From Candidatus Latescibacterota bacterium (GTDB taxonomy: Bacteria; Latescibacterota; CBDEFO01), in contig OZ252149.1 in assembly GCA_965248755.1 (NCBI GenBank), positions 2,688,001 to 2,752,000 of the forward strand: DNA of 64,000 bases, read 5' to 3'. Position numbers and translations under genes: made by a program. How positions within the stretch are numbered: the first letter of the stretch is position 1; the number at the start of each line of letters is the position of its first letter. The notes under the pieces were generated by a model. The model was not told the DNA's origin. It made no database searches and saw only the letters and a program-made list of their open reading frames with translations. This document shows, piece after piece, positions 9,953 to 21,438 of this stretch.

Positions 9953-12565
9953 TTAAGCCACCAACGCCTCTTGATCGTCCTTCTTTTTACCTAATACGAT
10001 CTCTCCGTCAACGGCGCCTACAAGCACGGTGTCTCCCTCTTCAAACTGCCGCTCTAACAGAGCCATCGAAAGAGGATTTTCAATCGATCTTTGGATCACG
10101 CGCTTCAGAGGCCTGGCGCCGTAGACAGGATCGTACCCCCTTTCCGCCAGAAGATCCATAGTCTCATCAGCAACGTCCAAACCTATCCTGGCCCCATCCT
10201 TGAGACGTCGCGCTAAGATGTCAAGCTGGAGCTTCACAATCTCCCTTATATCCTCTTTGCTCAAAGAGTGAAAGATCATGATCTCATCCAAGCGGTTCAA
10301 GAACTCCGGCCTTAACGTGGAGCGCACAAGCTCCATCATCTCCTGATTCATCAACCCTTCGTGTTCGCCCTTAAACCTCTGAATTATATCCCCTCCTATA
10401 TTCGATGTCATAATAACAACGGTGTTCTTGAAGTCCACAGTCCTGCCCTGACCATCAGTCAGTCTCCCATCGTCCAGGACCTGGAGCAGGACGTTAAAGA
10501 CATCTTGGTGCGCCTTTTCTATCTCATCCAACAATATGAGCTGATATGGACGCCTGCGCACAGCTTCGGTCAACTGTCCGCCCTCTTCGTAGCCGACGTA
10601 CCCCGGAGGCGCACCGATCATCCTGGACACAGAGTGCTTCTCCATATATTCGGACATGTCAATCCTGACCATAGCCCCCTCATCGTCGAAGAGGAACTCG
10701 GCTAAAGCCCTTGCAAGCTCCGTCTTGCCCACTCCTGTAGGTCCCAAAAACAGGAACGAACCTATCGGCCTCTTCTGGTCTCCCAATCCGACTCTGTTCC
10801 TGCGAACAGCGTTGGACACTGCCTCGACGGATTCGTGCTGCCCGATGACCCTTTTCTGGAGTCTGCCCTCCATATGAGTCATCTTTTCGACCTCGCCCTC
10901 CAGGAGCCTGGAGAGGGGAATCCCCGTCCACTTGGCGACGACCTCGGCAACATCCTCATCGCTTACCTCCTCCCTTATTAAGGACTTATCTTCCTGAATC
11001 TTTAGAAGCTTGTTATTTTCCGCCCCTAATTGTTCTCCAAGCTCGATCTGTTCTCCGTATTTTAACCTTGCCGCCCGTTCGTAGTCGCCTCCCCTTTCCG
11101 ATTCAGCCTCCTGGATCTTGGCCTGTTCTATGCGCTCCTTGATCTGGCGTATCCTGGCCACAACCTCCTTTTCCTGCTCCCACTGGCTCTTCAGAACACT
11201 TCTCGCCTCGTTCAGATCGGCCAATTCCTTCTCGATAGGCTTCAACCTCTCCGCAGCATCCTTTTCCCTCTTTACGGCCTCGCGCTCGATCTCAAGCTGT
11301 CTCAACCTCTTTTCAATGACGTCCAACTCCTCGGGCATGCTGTCTATCTCGATCCTCAGTTCAGCCGCCGCCTCGTCGATCAGATCTATCGCCTTATCTG
11401 GCAGGAAACGATCCGTGATATACCTCTCCGAGAGGAGGGCCGCGGCCACCAGCGCCGAGTCCTGAACCCTCACACCGTGATGGATCTCGTACCTCTCCTT
11501 AAGACCCCTTAAGATAGATACCGTATCCTCAACCGAAGGCTCGCTCACCAGTACGGGCTGAAATCTCCTCTCCAGTGCGGCGTCCTTCTCCACGTTCTCG
11601 CGATATTCATCCAGCGTAGTCGCCCCGATGCACCTTAACTCCCCCCTTGCAAGGGCCGGCTTGAGCATGTTGGAGGCATCCATCGATCCCTCTGCTGCTC
11701 CCGCACCCACTATGGTGTGCAGCTCATCTATAAACAGGATGATGCTCCCACCGGCCTTCTCAACTTCCTTTAGAACGGCCTTTAACCTATCCTCAAATTC
11801 GCCCCTGAACTTTGAACCAGCGATCATAGATCCGAAGTCCAAGGCCACGACCTTCCTGTCCTTCAATGACTCAGGCACGTCCCCTGAAACGATCTTCTGA
11901 GCAAGACCCTCAGCTATAGCCGTCTTACCCACGCCGGGCTCTCCTATCAGTACAGGATTATTCTTTTTCCTCCTGCTTAGTACCTTAATCACGCGTCTTA
12001 TCTCATCCTCACGCCCTATAACGGGATCGAGTTCCCCCTGTCTTGCCAGCACAGTTAAGTCCCGGCTGTATCTTTCTAGCGCCTGGTACTTCGACTCAGG
12101 ATCGGGATCTGTCACCCTTTGACCTCCCCTTATCTTGGTCAACACATCGAATATCTTGTCTTTACTTACACCCAGCGACCTCAATATCCTTCCGCCCGGC
12201 CCATCGTAGCCCTCGTCAGCGATAGCGATTAAAAGATGCTCTGTGGATATGAACTCATCCTTTATCCTGTCCGCTTCTTTCTCCGCAGCTCTCAATACTC
12301 TATTTAAGCTCTGACTCAGATAGGCCTGTCCCGCCCCGCCGTACATCCTCGGCAGGCGGTCCAGCTCGTCCACAACCTGTGACTTTACGACTTCCGGGTC
12401 TATATTCAACTTGCTCAATATCTGCGGCGCAACACCGTCCGACTGATCCAACAGGGCATATAATAAATGTTCAGCCTCAATCTGACTTTGATTTCGATCC
12501 TCCGCATCCCTCTCTGCGGCAACGACAGCCTCCCGAGCTTTTTCTGTGAATTTATCGATGTTCAT
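9953..12565 (-). CDS. clpB: ATP-dependent chaperone ClpB
   Basis: Two AAA+ modules ([16 protein letters not shown]), long coiled-coil middle domain, MNIDKFT start with AGGAAGG RBS. Confidence 0.97.
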   Translation of the reverse strand: MNIDKFTEKAREAVVAAERDAEDRNQSQIEAEHLLYALLDQSDGVAPQILSKLNIDPEVVKSQVVDELDRLPRMYGGAGQAYLSQSLNRVLRAAEKEADRIKDEFISTEHLLIAIADEGYDGPGGRILRSLGVSKDKIFDVLTKIRGGQRVTDPDPESKYQALERYSRDLTVLARQGELDPVIGREDEIRRVIKVLSRRKKNNPVLIGEPGVGKTAIAEGLAQKIVSGDVPESLKDRKVVALDFGSMIAGSKFRGEFEDRLKAVLKEVEKAGGSIILFIDELHTIVGAGAAEGSMDASNMLKPALARGELRCIGATTLDEYRENVEKDAALERRFQPVLVSEPSVEDTVSILRGLKERYEIHHGVRVQDSALVAAALLSERYITDRFLPDKAIDLIDEAAAELRIEIDSMPEELDVIEKRLRQLEIEREAVKREKDAAERLKPIEKELADLNEARSVLKSQWEQEKEVVARIRQIKERIEQAKIQEAESERGGDYERAARLKYGEQIELGEQLGAENNKLLKIQEDKSLIREEVSDEDVAEVVAKWTGIPLSRLLEGEVEKMTHMEGRLQKRVIGQHESVEAVSNAVRRNRVGLGDQKRPIGSFLFLGPTGVGKTELARALAEFLFDDEGAMVRIDMSEYMEKHSVSRMIGAPPGYVGYEEGGQLTEAVRRRPYQLILLDEIEKAHQDVFNVLLQVLDDGRLTDGQGRTVDFKNTVVIMTSNIGGDIIQRFKGEHEGLMNQEMMELVRSTLRPEFLNRLDEIMIFHSLSKEDIREIVKLQLDILARRLKDGARIGLDVADETMDLLAERGYDPVYGARPLKRVIQRSIENPLSMALLERQFEEGDTVLVGAVDGEIVLGKKKDDQEALVA

Positions 12566-13274
12566 ACATGATACCTTCCTTTTCGGGATATTCGTCAATC
12601 AATACGCCTGTTTTTCTTTCAGGTTCGTGCATATTAATAGATTTTAAAGCGATTTTGGCATAGAATAAAGTTTTGGTATCAAGTCGATATCTCTAATTGA
12701 GCCTGGCTTTACCCTTTTATTTAGGAAGTCTTCAAAAATCTGTGCTGTAGCCCAAACAAGTTGTTGTTGTTCGTCTTGACCAAAAGGTGGGATTTTATTT
12801 CCGTGGATAAAATCACTTCGCAACTTATAATTATTGTAAACTGTCCAAAAAAATCTCTTCTTATCACTTTTAACTACCTTGGCACAAAAAAGAGCAAGTC
12901 GAATTCGAATTTTTGAAGCCCCTAAACCAGCAAGAGCCTCTAAAGCAGATATACAGTCAAGTAGAGAATCTAACGGCTCGCTACGCCGTGGAGCACTCCA
13001 CCACCTTTGAAAAGCAACTTGTATACGCTTTCCTGTCGGGTGAAAAGCCTTACTTATCCAGTCTTCTATCCGAGCTTTCCGATTTTTGGTTAGTGTATAC
13101 CTGGGTCGGCTTTGGATAAGGTTTTGTGAAGTTGATTCTACGGTTTATACTTCGCTCTAGTCTGTATTCCCACCGTCCTAAAATAAGATCCAACATTTGT
13201 GATACAGTCTCTAATTTATTTGCATTACATACCGCTCCCCTTGACAGAGCGACAAATATTTCGCAAATTGGGGT

Positions 13275-13604
13275 TTGAGAAGGGAGGTCAAGGTGTCGAG
13301 CCCCGAAGTGAAAGATGGTAAGCGCTGGACGGCGACCCGTAAGGGAGAGATTGTGTTGGCTCTTTTGAGAGGAGCAGATCTATCTGAGGTGTGTCGTAAG
13401 AATGGAATTAGCCAGTCGCAGGCGTATGCTTGGCGTGATAGTTTCTTAGAAGGGGGCCAGGAGAGTCTGAAGTCTCGGCGTGGTCGCAAGGATCCGAAGG
13501 AGCGAGAGGTTAGCCGGTTGGAGCGCAAGGTAGGGCAGTTGACGCTCCAGTTGGAGATACTCGAAGAGGTAGCCCGTCTAAAAAAAACGAAGCGGTTGCC
13601 TTGA
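13275..13604 (+). CDS. IS3 OrfA (HTH)
   Basis: Identical to 20249-20578. Confidence 0.9.
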   Translation: MRREVKVSSPEVKDGKRWTATRKGEIVLALLRGADLSEVCRKNGISQSQAYAWRDSFLEGGQESLKSRRGRKDPKEREVSRLERKVGQLTLQLEILEEVARLKKTKRLP

Positions 13605-13704
13605 GTGGGCGGTTTTTGGGTCGAGGCTATTCCCGCAAGGTGGTAGCTTTGGCTTTGGGTTTGCATCGTTCGACTCTGTATAGGTTTAGGGATAGAGGTG
13701 TCAG

Positions 13705-13890
13705 CCCGGATTTACCCGGCCAGGAGTAGGACAAAAATGCCTGCATCACCTCTGACGATACCCCCTTAACCCTTCCACCTAACTCCTGATTGTATTTCTC
13801 AATAAAGTAATCGACAAGGAAAAAGGGAAGGTCCTCGATATGCTCGCGTAGCGGCGGCAGGACGATAGGAACGACGTTAAGGCATAAGAA
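13705..13890 (-). pseudogene. Captured fragment of a sigma54-dependent (NtrC-family) activator gene
   Basis: Minus-strand translation LNVVPIVLPPLREHIEDLP..VDYFIEKYNQELG..VKGVS..YSWPG. Confidence 0.85.
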
Positions 13891-15516
13891 CCGACATTCC
13901 CCATATCACATTCATGAGGGATTATATTTCGATACATTCTTGTTTCTGAATTAATATTACCACTTTTACATTTTTCAACAAGTACTTTTTTCAATTAAAA
14001 TAGTATTTTCCTCTGAATTATCACTTTCTTTGTGTTTAAATCCTCCAATTAGAGACACCTCTCCATCGACTCACAAAAAAATGTGGCAGTTTAAACAGAA
14101 TAACATCGCAATCGTTCAATCCGGGATAATATTTCGGCAAATAACCTCTTGTCTATCCCAACCTCAGCCATTTGAAACGTAATATATCCGCTGTGTCTGA
14201 CAATCTTCGCTCCGATTTTGATAAATTTCACGAGGAGGCTGCGTAGTGACCAGTGTTTGATTTTCTTCGGAAGAACAAAACGTCGCAGGAAGTTGCCCAA
14301 GTTGTAAGCCAGAACAAACAGCCAGAGCCTCACCTGATTGGAGACGAAACGCTTGCATGAGAGTCGGGTCCAGTTCAGAGCATACTTGCCCTCCTTAATC
14401 CACTGCTCAGCTCTGCCACGGCCATTGTAGAAGTGTACCACGCCTTCTGGCTTGGCGCTCATGTTGGTCACGATAAATCCCACTCTTGGGAATAACTCCC
14501 CTTGGTGCCATTCAACCTTGGCGACCACTCGCCTCGATTGATCCCAACTGGCCGCTTTATATTGAAATTCATATAACGATACAATCGGTTTCCTCGGCGG
14601 TCGTCCAACTGGCCGAGTCAGCAGGTATCGTATCTTTTCATAGAGTATCTCATTTGCGGGAAGCCGAATGGCATACAAATAGCCGTTTCCCTCCAGATAA
14701 TCATAAATCTCAGGCTTTGCGAATGCAGCATCGCCTCGAAAGTATTTCCTATTCTTCTTGCTCTCGTATCTCTTGACGATCGGTTCCAGAACTTCCTTCC
14801 AACGATCAGCACTGTGAACATTACCAGAGCGAAGTAGGACTCCTTCACAATCCCCGAACTGATTGAAGCAGAACACTGGATGAAAACAGGTACATCCGAA
14901 ATGACCGTTGTAAGCTGATCCTTCCTGCTGGCCATGTACCGGACTCTCCGAACTGTCCATGTCCAGAATGATTCGTTGATGCTGTGTTTTACTCATCGCT
15001 TTTTGAACCCACTTGCCATTGATATCTGACAAGTTTCTGAGATTGTCATGCTGAGTCAGTATATCAGTTTCAAAACGTCCTATCGTGTTGGAGCTGGCAG
15101 CTTGCCTGCCTTTGTCCTTCTTTCCGGTAATCGCTCGCATGACGGGATCAACGGATAATCGCTCGGCGTCATTTACATCTTCATATCCTGCAAGACGGCT
15201 GTATATCGATTGACGCAGGAGAGTAGATATATCATGTTGGATATTACGGCCTGTGCGTTTATCGGTAAAAACCGCTGATACCGAATCAAATAATCCCAGT
15301 GCGTAATCAAGGTCACGATACGCAAGAAGTCCACCGTTTGATGTCACCTTTGCACCATGAAATTCAAGCTTTATTCCTCCATCAAAACCTACTTTCATTC
15401 TTTCACCCTCTGGATGATCAATATTTATCCGCCATTTATGAGTCTTATTTATTGTAATATAACATGTTCTGGCGACTTTGACAACCATTTTTCGGGTCTA
15501 ATATGGCGAATGGGGG
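13891..15516 (-). mobile_element. IS1380-family element copy 1
   Basis: IRs CCCCCATTCGCCATAT / CCGACATTCCCCATAT; appears identical to 23395-25020. Confidence 0.92.
14091..15488 (-). CDS. IS1380-family transposase (DDE_Tnp_1_4)
   Basis: VTSNGGLL, GYEDVND, LDMDS, RGDAAF, YNGRGRAEQWIKEGK motifs. Confidence 0.95.
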   Translation of the reverse strand: MVVKVARTCYITINKTHKWRINIDHPEGERMKVGFDGGIKLEFHGAKVTSNGGLLAYRDLDYALGLFDSVSAVFTDKRTGRNIQHDISTLLRQSIYSRLAGYEDVNDAERLSVDPVMRAITGKKDKGRQAASSNTIGRFETDILTQHDNLRNLSDINGKWVQKAMSKTQHQRIILDMDSSESPVHGQQEGSAYNGHFGCTCFHPVFCFNQFGDCEGVLLRSGNVHSADRWKEVLEPIVKRYESKKNRKYFRGDAAFAKPEIYDYLEGNGYLYAIRLPANEILYEKIRYLLTRPVGRPPRKPIVSLYEFQYKAASWDQSRRVVAKVEWHQGELFPRVGFIVTNMSAKPEGVVHFYNGRGRAEQWIKEGKYALNWTRLSCKRFVSNQVRLWLFVLAYNLGNFLRRFVLPKKIKHWSLRSLLVKFIKIGAKIVRHSGYITFQMAEVGIDKRLFAEILSRIERLRCYSV

Positions 15517-16281
15517 GTCAGTTCTTCTGTTAAAGAGCCTGTGATAGATGAGGAGCTTGCTTTTCGTATTCGAGGGATACTGGACCAAGAAGAGGCATTT
15601 GGTCACAGGCGGGTTTGGGCGCATCTTCGTTTCAAGGAAGGGGAATGTGTCAACGTTAAGAAGGTTCATAGGATAATGAAGCTTAAGGGGTGGCAGTGTA
15701 AGCTGTGGAATCGTCCCGGGAGAAAGGGGCCACAGGTTGCCCAGAAGCGTTCTGTGGTGGATAGTCCCGACAGTTTGTGGTCGAGTGACTTGACAAAGAT
15801 TTACTGTGGAAAAGATGGTTGGTGTCCTCTTATTGCGGTGGTGGACAACGGAAGCCGGGAGGTTCCTGGGTATCGTTTTAGTCGAAAAGGGAGGGCACTG
15901 GAGGCCACAGATGCCCTGGATCGGGCCGTGATCTCTCGATACACTTCCAAGGAGGCTGTCCCCCAGGGTCTCACTTTGCGCTCTGACAATGGTTCCATCT
16001 TTTTGGCTCGGGCCTATTTGGCCAGTACCGAATATTGGGGAATTCGTCAGGAATACATACCAAGTGGTAAACCCGATTGGAACGGTGTTGTAGAGCGTTT
16101 TTTCAGGACCCTCAAGCAAGAGTGTGTTTGGCTTCACAAGTTTGAATCCTTTGAACAGGCTGAGAAGATCATATCTCAGTGGATCGATAATTACAACAAG
16201 AACAGGCTTCATTCATCCCTGGGATATAAGACCCCAAAAGAGTGGAGAAAACAATTTTATCTACTACCCCAGGTTGCTTAA
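15517..16281 (+). pseudogene. IS3 OrfB 3' part (rve DDE), separated from its 5' end
   Basis: WSSDLT, RSDNGS, VERFFRTLKQE. Confidence 0.9.
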
Positions 16282-16606
16282 TTGGTGTCGCTTTCCTGGG
16301 AAGCAGTACAATTATCCCATCCTTAGCAAACTATATTAGTGTATTTACGTCGTTCTGTTTTACCAAACAACTCAAGACTCATACCAGTATCTTCCCAAGA
16401 GGCAGGAAACATATTGCCTTCTGACTCAAACTCCTTTAATTTCGACATAGGAAACGATTCCAAAGTAATACCTTGGGTAAGGTCTTGCGGCCTTGAAGGA
16501 GGCTTTAAATACCAAACCGGATAAATAATCTGATTAGACATATTGGTTGAAAGCATCTTTATGGACAACTTGGGCCAGGACACTATGCCCTGGCCCTGTT
16601 GTCATT

Positions 16607-18520
16607 CTATTCCACAACCTCAAAGTCCGCATCCACAGCGCCACCGTCGTCCTTCTTCTTGCCGGCGGGCTCTTGCCGTTGTTCCTCTTGTCCGTCGCCT
16701 TCGGGCTGGCTCTGATCAGCTGCGGTCTCCTTGTACATCTCGCCTGCCACCTGATGCCAGACCTGATTCAGCGCCTCACTGGCGGAGTTGATCTCGTTTA
16801 CGTCAGATCCCTTGAGAGCCTCCTTAACCCGACCGATAGCGGCTTCGAGCTTCGACTTCGAGTCGGGACTGATCTTGTCCTGCATCTCCTTTAGGCTCTT
16901 TTCCGTCTGATAGACCTGTTGATCGGCCTGATTTCTGGCGTCTATTTCCTCCCTGTGCCTTTTGTCCTCAGACTCGTGCCCTTTGGCATCTGTGACCATC
17001 CTTTCGACCTCAGCCTCCGAAAGCCCTGAGGACGCCTCTATCCTTATGCTCTGCTCCCTTTCCGTGGCTTTATCCTTGGCAGACACATTCAGAATACCGT
17101 TCGCATCTATGTCAAAGGTAACCTCGATCTGAGGCATGCCCCTTGGGGCGGGAGGCATGCCGTCCAGATGAAATCTGCCCAGCGTCCTGTTATCGACCGA
17201 CATCTCGCGCTCACCTTGGAGCACGTGTATCTCCACCGATGTCTGGTTGTCATCTGCTGTGCTGAATATTTGGCTCTTCTTTGTGGGTATCGTCGTATTG
17301 CGCTCGATTAGCTTTGTAGTAACGCGCCCTAACGTCTCAATGCCAAGTGAAAGAGGAATCACATCCAAAAGCAGAACGTCCGTAACGTCTCCAGTGAGCA
17401 CGCCGCCCTGAATGGCAGCCCCTAAGGCTACCACCTCATCAGGATTGACGCCCTTGTGGGGTTCCTTTGCGAAAAGCTCCTTTACAACTTGCTGTACCCT
17501 CGGCATTCTGGTCTGTCCGCCCACTAATATGACCTCATCTATATCGGAGGGCGAAATTTCGGCATCTTCGAGCGCCTGTTGGCAGGGACCCATCGTCCTT
17601 TCTACAAGATCGTCCACCAACTGTTCTAATTTAGCCCTCGTCAAACTTATGGTTAGGTGCTTAGGGCCAGTCTGGTCAGCTGTTATGAACGGCAGATTAA
17701 TGTCTGTCTGCGTTGAGCTGGAGAGCTCACATTTTGCCTTCTCCGCCGCCTCTTTGAGCCTCTGAAGCGCCATGGGGTCTTTTCTGAGGTCGATTCCCTC
17801 CTGCTTCTTAAACTCGTCAGCCAACCAGTTCATGATCTTTTCGTCAAAGTCGTCCCCACCCAGGTGTGTATCTCCGTTCGTAGCTTTGACCTCAAATACG
17901 CCGTCGCCTAATTCCAGTATAGAAATATCGAACGTCCCACCCCCAAGGTCATAGACAGCTATCTTCTCATCCTTTTTCTTATCCAGACCGTAAGCTAAAG
18001 AAGCCGCTGTCGGCTCGTTGATAATCCTTAAGACTTCCAGCCCGGCGACCTTTCCGGAGTCCGTGGTCGCCTGCCTTTGACTGTCGTTGAAATACGCTGG
18101 AACCGTGATTACTGCCTGAGTCACCTTCTCTCCGAGATAGTCCTCAGCCGTCTGCTTCATCTTCTGGAGCACCATAGCCGAAATCTCAGGAGGCGTGTAC
18201 TCTCCGCCTTCAACTTCCACAACCGCTAAATCGTTAGTCCCGCTTTCGACTTTGTAGGGGACCTCCTCTATCTCTGTACCCACTTCGTTATATCTGCGCC
18301 CCATAAAACGCTTTATGGAGTAGATAGTGTTCTTGGGGTTTGTGATAGACTGTCTTTTTGCTACCTGTCCGACAAGGCGTTCTCCCTCCTTTGTGAACGC
18401 CACCACAGAGGGCGTTGTCCTTCCGCCCTCAGAGTTGGGTATCACAACCGGATCTCCGCCCTCCATCACGGCCACACACGAATTGGTCGTCCCTAAATCG
18501 ATTCCTATTACCTTTCCCAT
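16607..18520 (-). CDS. dnaK: Chaperone DnaK (Hsp70)
   Basis: [26 protein letters not shown]-terminal DADFEVV. Confidence 0.98.
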   Translation of the reverse strand: MGKVIGIDLGTTNSCVAVMEGGDPVVIPNSEGGRTTPSVVAFTKEGERLVGQVAKRQSITNPKNTIYSIKRFMGRRYNEVGTEIEEVPYKVESGTNDLAVVEVEGGEYTPPEISAMVLQKMKQTAEDYLGEKVTQAVITVPAYFNDSQRQATTDSGKVAGLEVLRIINEPTAASLAYGLDKKKDEKIAVYDLGGGTFDISILELGDGVFEVKATNGDTHLGGDDFDEKIMNWLADEFKKQEGIDLRKDPMALQRLKEAAEKAKCELSSSTQTDINLPFITADQTGPKHLTISLTRAKLEQLVDDLVERTMGPCQQALEDAEISPSDIDEVILVGGQTRMPRVQQVVKELFAKEPHKGVNPDEVVALGAAIQGGVLTGDVTDVLLLDVIPLSLGIETLGRVTTKLIERNTTIPTKKSQIFSTADDNQTSVEIHVLQGEREMSVDNRTLGRFHLDGMPPAPRGMPQIEVTFDIDANGILNVSAKDKATEREQSIRIEASSGLSEAEVERMVTDAKGHESEDKRHREEIDARNQADQQVYQTEKSLKEMQDKISPDSKSKLEAAIGRVKEALKGSDVNEINSASEALNQVWHQVAGEMYKETAADQSQPEGDGQEEQRQEPAGKKKDDGGAVDADFEVVE

Positions 18521-18543
18521 TTTGCTATCCTCCTTTTAAACTG

Positions 18544-18816
18544 CTAAGCTGCGTTCTTAGACAAAGATTCATCCTTTGGGGACGATTTGGATTCTGAATT
18601 TTCCTTATCCGCCTTTTCCGCTTTCCTATAACTTTGGCTGCGATAATCAGTGCAGTAAAAACCTGACCCTTTGAACAAAAATCCCGCGCCTGCACCGATT
18701 AAGCGCTTCACCTTTTTGTCGCAAACCGGACATTCCTTAATAGGTTCTTCTGTAATACTCTGAAACCTTTCAAATCTCTTGCCACAGCTTTGACATTCAT
18801 ACTCGTAAGTCGGCAT
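18544..18816 (-). CDS. FmdB-family zinc-ribbon protein
   Basis: MPTYEYECQSC...CPVC...FKGSGFYCTDY. Confidence 0.92.
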   Translation of the reverse strand: MPTYEYECQSCGKRFERFQSITEEPIKECPVCDKKVKRLIGAGAGFLFKGSGFYCTDYRSQSYRKAEKADKENSESKSSPKDESLSKNAA

Positions 18817-18897
18817 ATTTTGAACCTCCTTTAAGAATTCAGATTTGAGAATACACACGTATAGTACGTATACATAATACTATAATACACGATACAC

Positions 18898-18912
18898 GCA
18901 TAAAACGTGCCA
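18898..18912 (-). promoter_or_regulatory. Putative sigma54 (-24/-12) promoter for fmdB-dnaK
   Basis: Minus strand TGGCAC-GTTTT-ATGC; AT-rich tract and palindrome TGTCA-N4-TGACA further upstream. Confidence 0.6.
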
Positions 18913-19244
18913 TTAGATTACAAATACCATTTACTTGCTTTATATCATTTATTTTAAGCATCTTATGTAACAGTGTAAGAAAAAGTTCTGACGTCCCCCT
19001 GCAACTTTCTATCTGCCTATACGACAGAGCCACTGTCATGATGACATATACATTACGTCAGACTATGGCATTTATGTCAAGTCTGAGGGAAGTGGTAGAC
19101 AGGAGAGACTCGACGCTTGCCCTTAAGATGGAGAAGGGTATTCATTATATATGAACTATAGGAATATTAGTTCATCAGTGAGGAAAAGATTTGACTCTGC
19201 AGAATCCCCATTTATATTTATGCATATCAAAAGGAGGATCCACC

Positions 19245-19715
19245 ATGGGATTTGTGAACATAAACACACAGAGGAAGATATTAGATTCAATTCAGTCAGT
19301 CTTGAAGCAGAAACGATGGTCATGGGGTCAATTAGCAAGTGAAGTCGGGATCGCTAAATCGTATATCAGTCAGATCAAGACAGAGACAAATCGTTTGAAC
19401 GTAGAAGTCCTTGAGAAGATAGCAAACGCACTGGAGATTCCTATGGTGTATCTCCTGCCGAAAGCTCCCCTGACCTCTGAAAACCGGAAGCTCATCCTTT
19501 CTCTTTTACAGCTTCCAGACGACATCAGTGATGAGAAACTTCTGAAGATAGCTGAGATAACCAGATTTCTCTCCACCAGGTCACTTCAGCAATTAGATGC
19601 GCTCCTTGCATTTCTCTCTCCATCGCCACACTCAGAAGGCATTTCTGCAGAGGCTGCCGGTTATGCGAAGGTTGCTGAACAACCTGGAAAATACAACAAG
19701 TCCCAGGACTCATAG
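19245..19715 (+). CDS. XRE-family HTH transcriptional regulator
   Basis: AGGAGG RBS; WSWGQLASEVGIAKSYISQIK..LEKIANALEI HTH pattern. Confidence 0.85.
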   Translation: MGFVNINTQRKILDSIQSVLKQKRWSWGQLASEVGIAKSYISQIKTETNRLNVEVLEKIANALEIPMVYLLPKAPLTSENRKLILSLLQLPDDISDEKLLKIAEITRFLSTRSLQQLDALLAFLSPSPHSEGISAEAAGYAKVAEQPGKYNKSQDS

Positions 19716-20248
19716 ACCCATAACGCCCTTATGATCCGCAGGGCTAAACGTACTGGTTCTGAAGGACCCCCGCTCTGAAATCCTCCGCATTCATCGGCAG
19801 AAGCAGTTACTCCTCCGTAATAAGTAAACTTTGATAACTCCTTTATAGTATATCTATGTATAGCCACCGCTTTCAGCCCCGCTGAACACAGACACTCCGC
19901 AGGCGGGGCTTCAAAACGCGCTCTTGGGCAAAGGGGAACAAATCGCCTTTGGAGACCCCACAGTAGAAGCGGATGGCATTCATCCACAGCTAACCAGTGT
20001 TGATATTCTCCAATTATGCTTATGAAGGAGGCTGTTAATTTTTTGCTTCTATCTACATCAGCAACTAATTCATGTACGACGAATATTATTCTTGGTCTTT
20101 CAGTACTTATGAACTATATTTATCAACGAGACAGGCTGAAATGAAGAGTTCAAACTGAGGTTCGCTACTGCAAAGATAAAAGATCTTTGAGATAAGGATA
20201 GCATACCGCTCCCCTTGACAGAGCGACAAATATTTCGCAAATTGGGGT

Positions 20249-20578
20249 TTGAGAAGGGAGGTCAAGGTGTCGAGCCCCGAAGTGAAAGATGGTAAGCGCT
20301 GGACGGCGACCCGTAAGGGAGAGATTGTGTTGGCTCTTTTGAGAGGAGCAGATCTATCTGAGGTGTGTCGTAAGAATGGAATTAGCCAGTCGCAGGCGTA
20401 TGCTTGGCGTGATAGTTTCTTAGAAGGGGGCCAGGAGAGTCTGAAGTCTCGGCGTGGTCGCAAGGATCCGAAGGAGCGAGAGGTTAGCCGGTTGGAGCGC
20501 AAGGTAGGGCAGTTGACGCTCCAGTTGGAGATACTCGAAGAGGTAGCCCGTCTAAAAAAAACGAAGCGGTTGCCTTGA
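20249..20578 (+). CDS. IS3 OrfA
   Basis: HTH_Tnp_1-like; A8 run at 20554-20561 whose -1 frame reads into OrfB (probable programmed frameshift). Confidence 0.9.
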   Translation: MRREVKVSSPEVKDGKRWTATRKGEIVLALLRGADLSEVCRKNGISQSQAYAWRDSFLEGGQESLKSRRGRKDPKEREVSRLERKVGQLTLQLEILEEVARLKKTKRLP

Positions 20579-21438
20579 GTGGGCGGTTTTTGGGTCGAGG
20601 CTATTCCCGCAAGGTGGTAGCTTTGGCTTTGGGTTTGCATCGTTCGACTCTGTATAGGTTTAGGGATAGAGGTGTCAGTTCTTCTGTTAAAGAGCCTGTG
20701 ATAGATGAGGAGCTTGCTTTTCGTATTCGAGGGATACTGGACCAAGAAGAGGCATTTGGTCACAGGCGGGTTTGGGCGCATCTTCGTTTCAAGGAAGGGG
20801 AATGTGTCAACGTTAAGAAGGTTCATAGGATAATGAAGCTTAAGGGGTGGCAGTGTAAGCTGTGGAATCGTCCCGGGAGAAAGGGGCCACAGGTTGCCCA
20901 GAAGCGTTCTGTGGTGGATAGTCCCGACAGTTTGTGGTCGAGTGACTTGACAAAGATTTACTGTGGAAAAGATGGTTGGTGTCCTCTTATTGCGGTGGTG
21001 GACAACGGAAGCCGGGAGGTTCCTGGGTATCGTTTTAGTCGAAAAGGGAGGGCACTGGAGGCCACAGATGCCCTGGATCGGGCCGTGATCTCTCGATACA
21101 CTTCCAAGGAGGCTGTCCCCCAGGGTCTCACTTTGCGCTCTGACAATGGTTCCATCTTTTTGGCTCGGGCCTATTTGGCCAGTACCGAATATTGGGGAAT
21201 TCGTCAGGAATACATACCAAGTGGTAAACCCGATTGGAACGGTGTTGTAGAGCGTTTTTTCAGGACCCTCAAGCAAGAGTGTGTTTGGCTTCACAAGTTT
21301 GAATCCTTTGAACAGGCTGAGAAGATCATATCTCAGTGGATCGATAATTACAACAAGAACAGGCTTCATTCATCCCTGGGATATAAGACCCCAAAAGAGT
21401 GGAGAAAACAATTTTATCTACTACCCCAGGTTGCTTAA
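20575..21438 (+). CDS. IS3 OrfB integrase-core transposase
   Basis: FGHRRV HTH_21-like segment plus DDE motifs. Confidence 0.95.
   Translation: MSGRFLGRGYSRKVVALALGLHRSTLYRFRDRGVSSSVKEPVIDEELAFRIRGILDQEEAFGHRRVWAHLRFKEGECVNVKKVHRIMKLKGWQCKLWNRPGRKGPQVAQKRSVVDSPDSLWSSDLTKIYCGKDGWCPLIAVVDNGSREVPGYRFSRKGRALEATDALDRAVISRYTSKEAVPQGLTLRSDNGSIFLARAYLASTEYWGIRQEYIPSGKPDWNGVVERFFRTLKQECVWLHKFESFEQAEKIISQWIDNYNKNRLHSSLGYKTPKEWRKQFYLLPQVA

Larger units (their letters stand above)
13228..16310 (+). mobile_element. IS3-family element copy 1, interrupted by IS1380 transposition unit; 4-bp TSD ATTA
   Basis: Ends CATACCGCTCCCC... and ...GGGAAGCAGTACA; ATTA at 13224-13227 and 16311-16314. Confidence 0.92.
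12644..16541 (-). pseudogene. ApeA-like HEPN-domain gene split by IS3::IS1380 insertion, with additional stop and frameshift
   Basis: Removing the IS and one ATTA copy rejoins ...NIVC*GWDNANKLETV...; C-terminal DSLLDCISALEAL and YKLRSDFIHG (RxxxxH) motifs; low GC. Confidence 0.7.

Noticed and set aside
15445..16212. Repeated antisense ORFs (255/420 aa) in the IS copies
   Set aside because: Shadow frames of IS3 orfB, repeated only because the IS is repeated.
19661..20200. Minus-strand ORF next to the XRE regulator
   Set aside because: No recognisable motif, start or RBS; cannot be supported.
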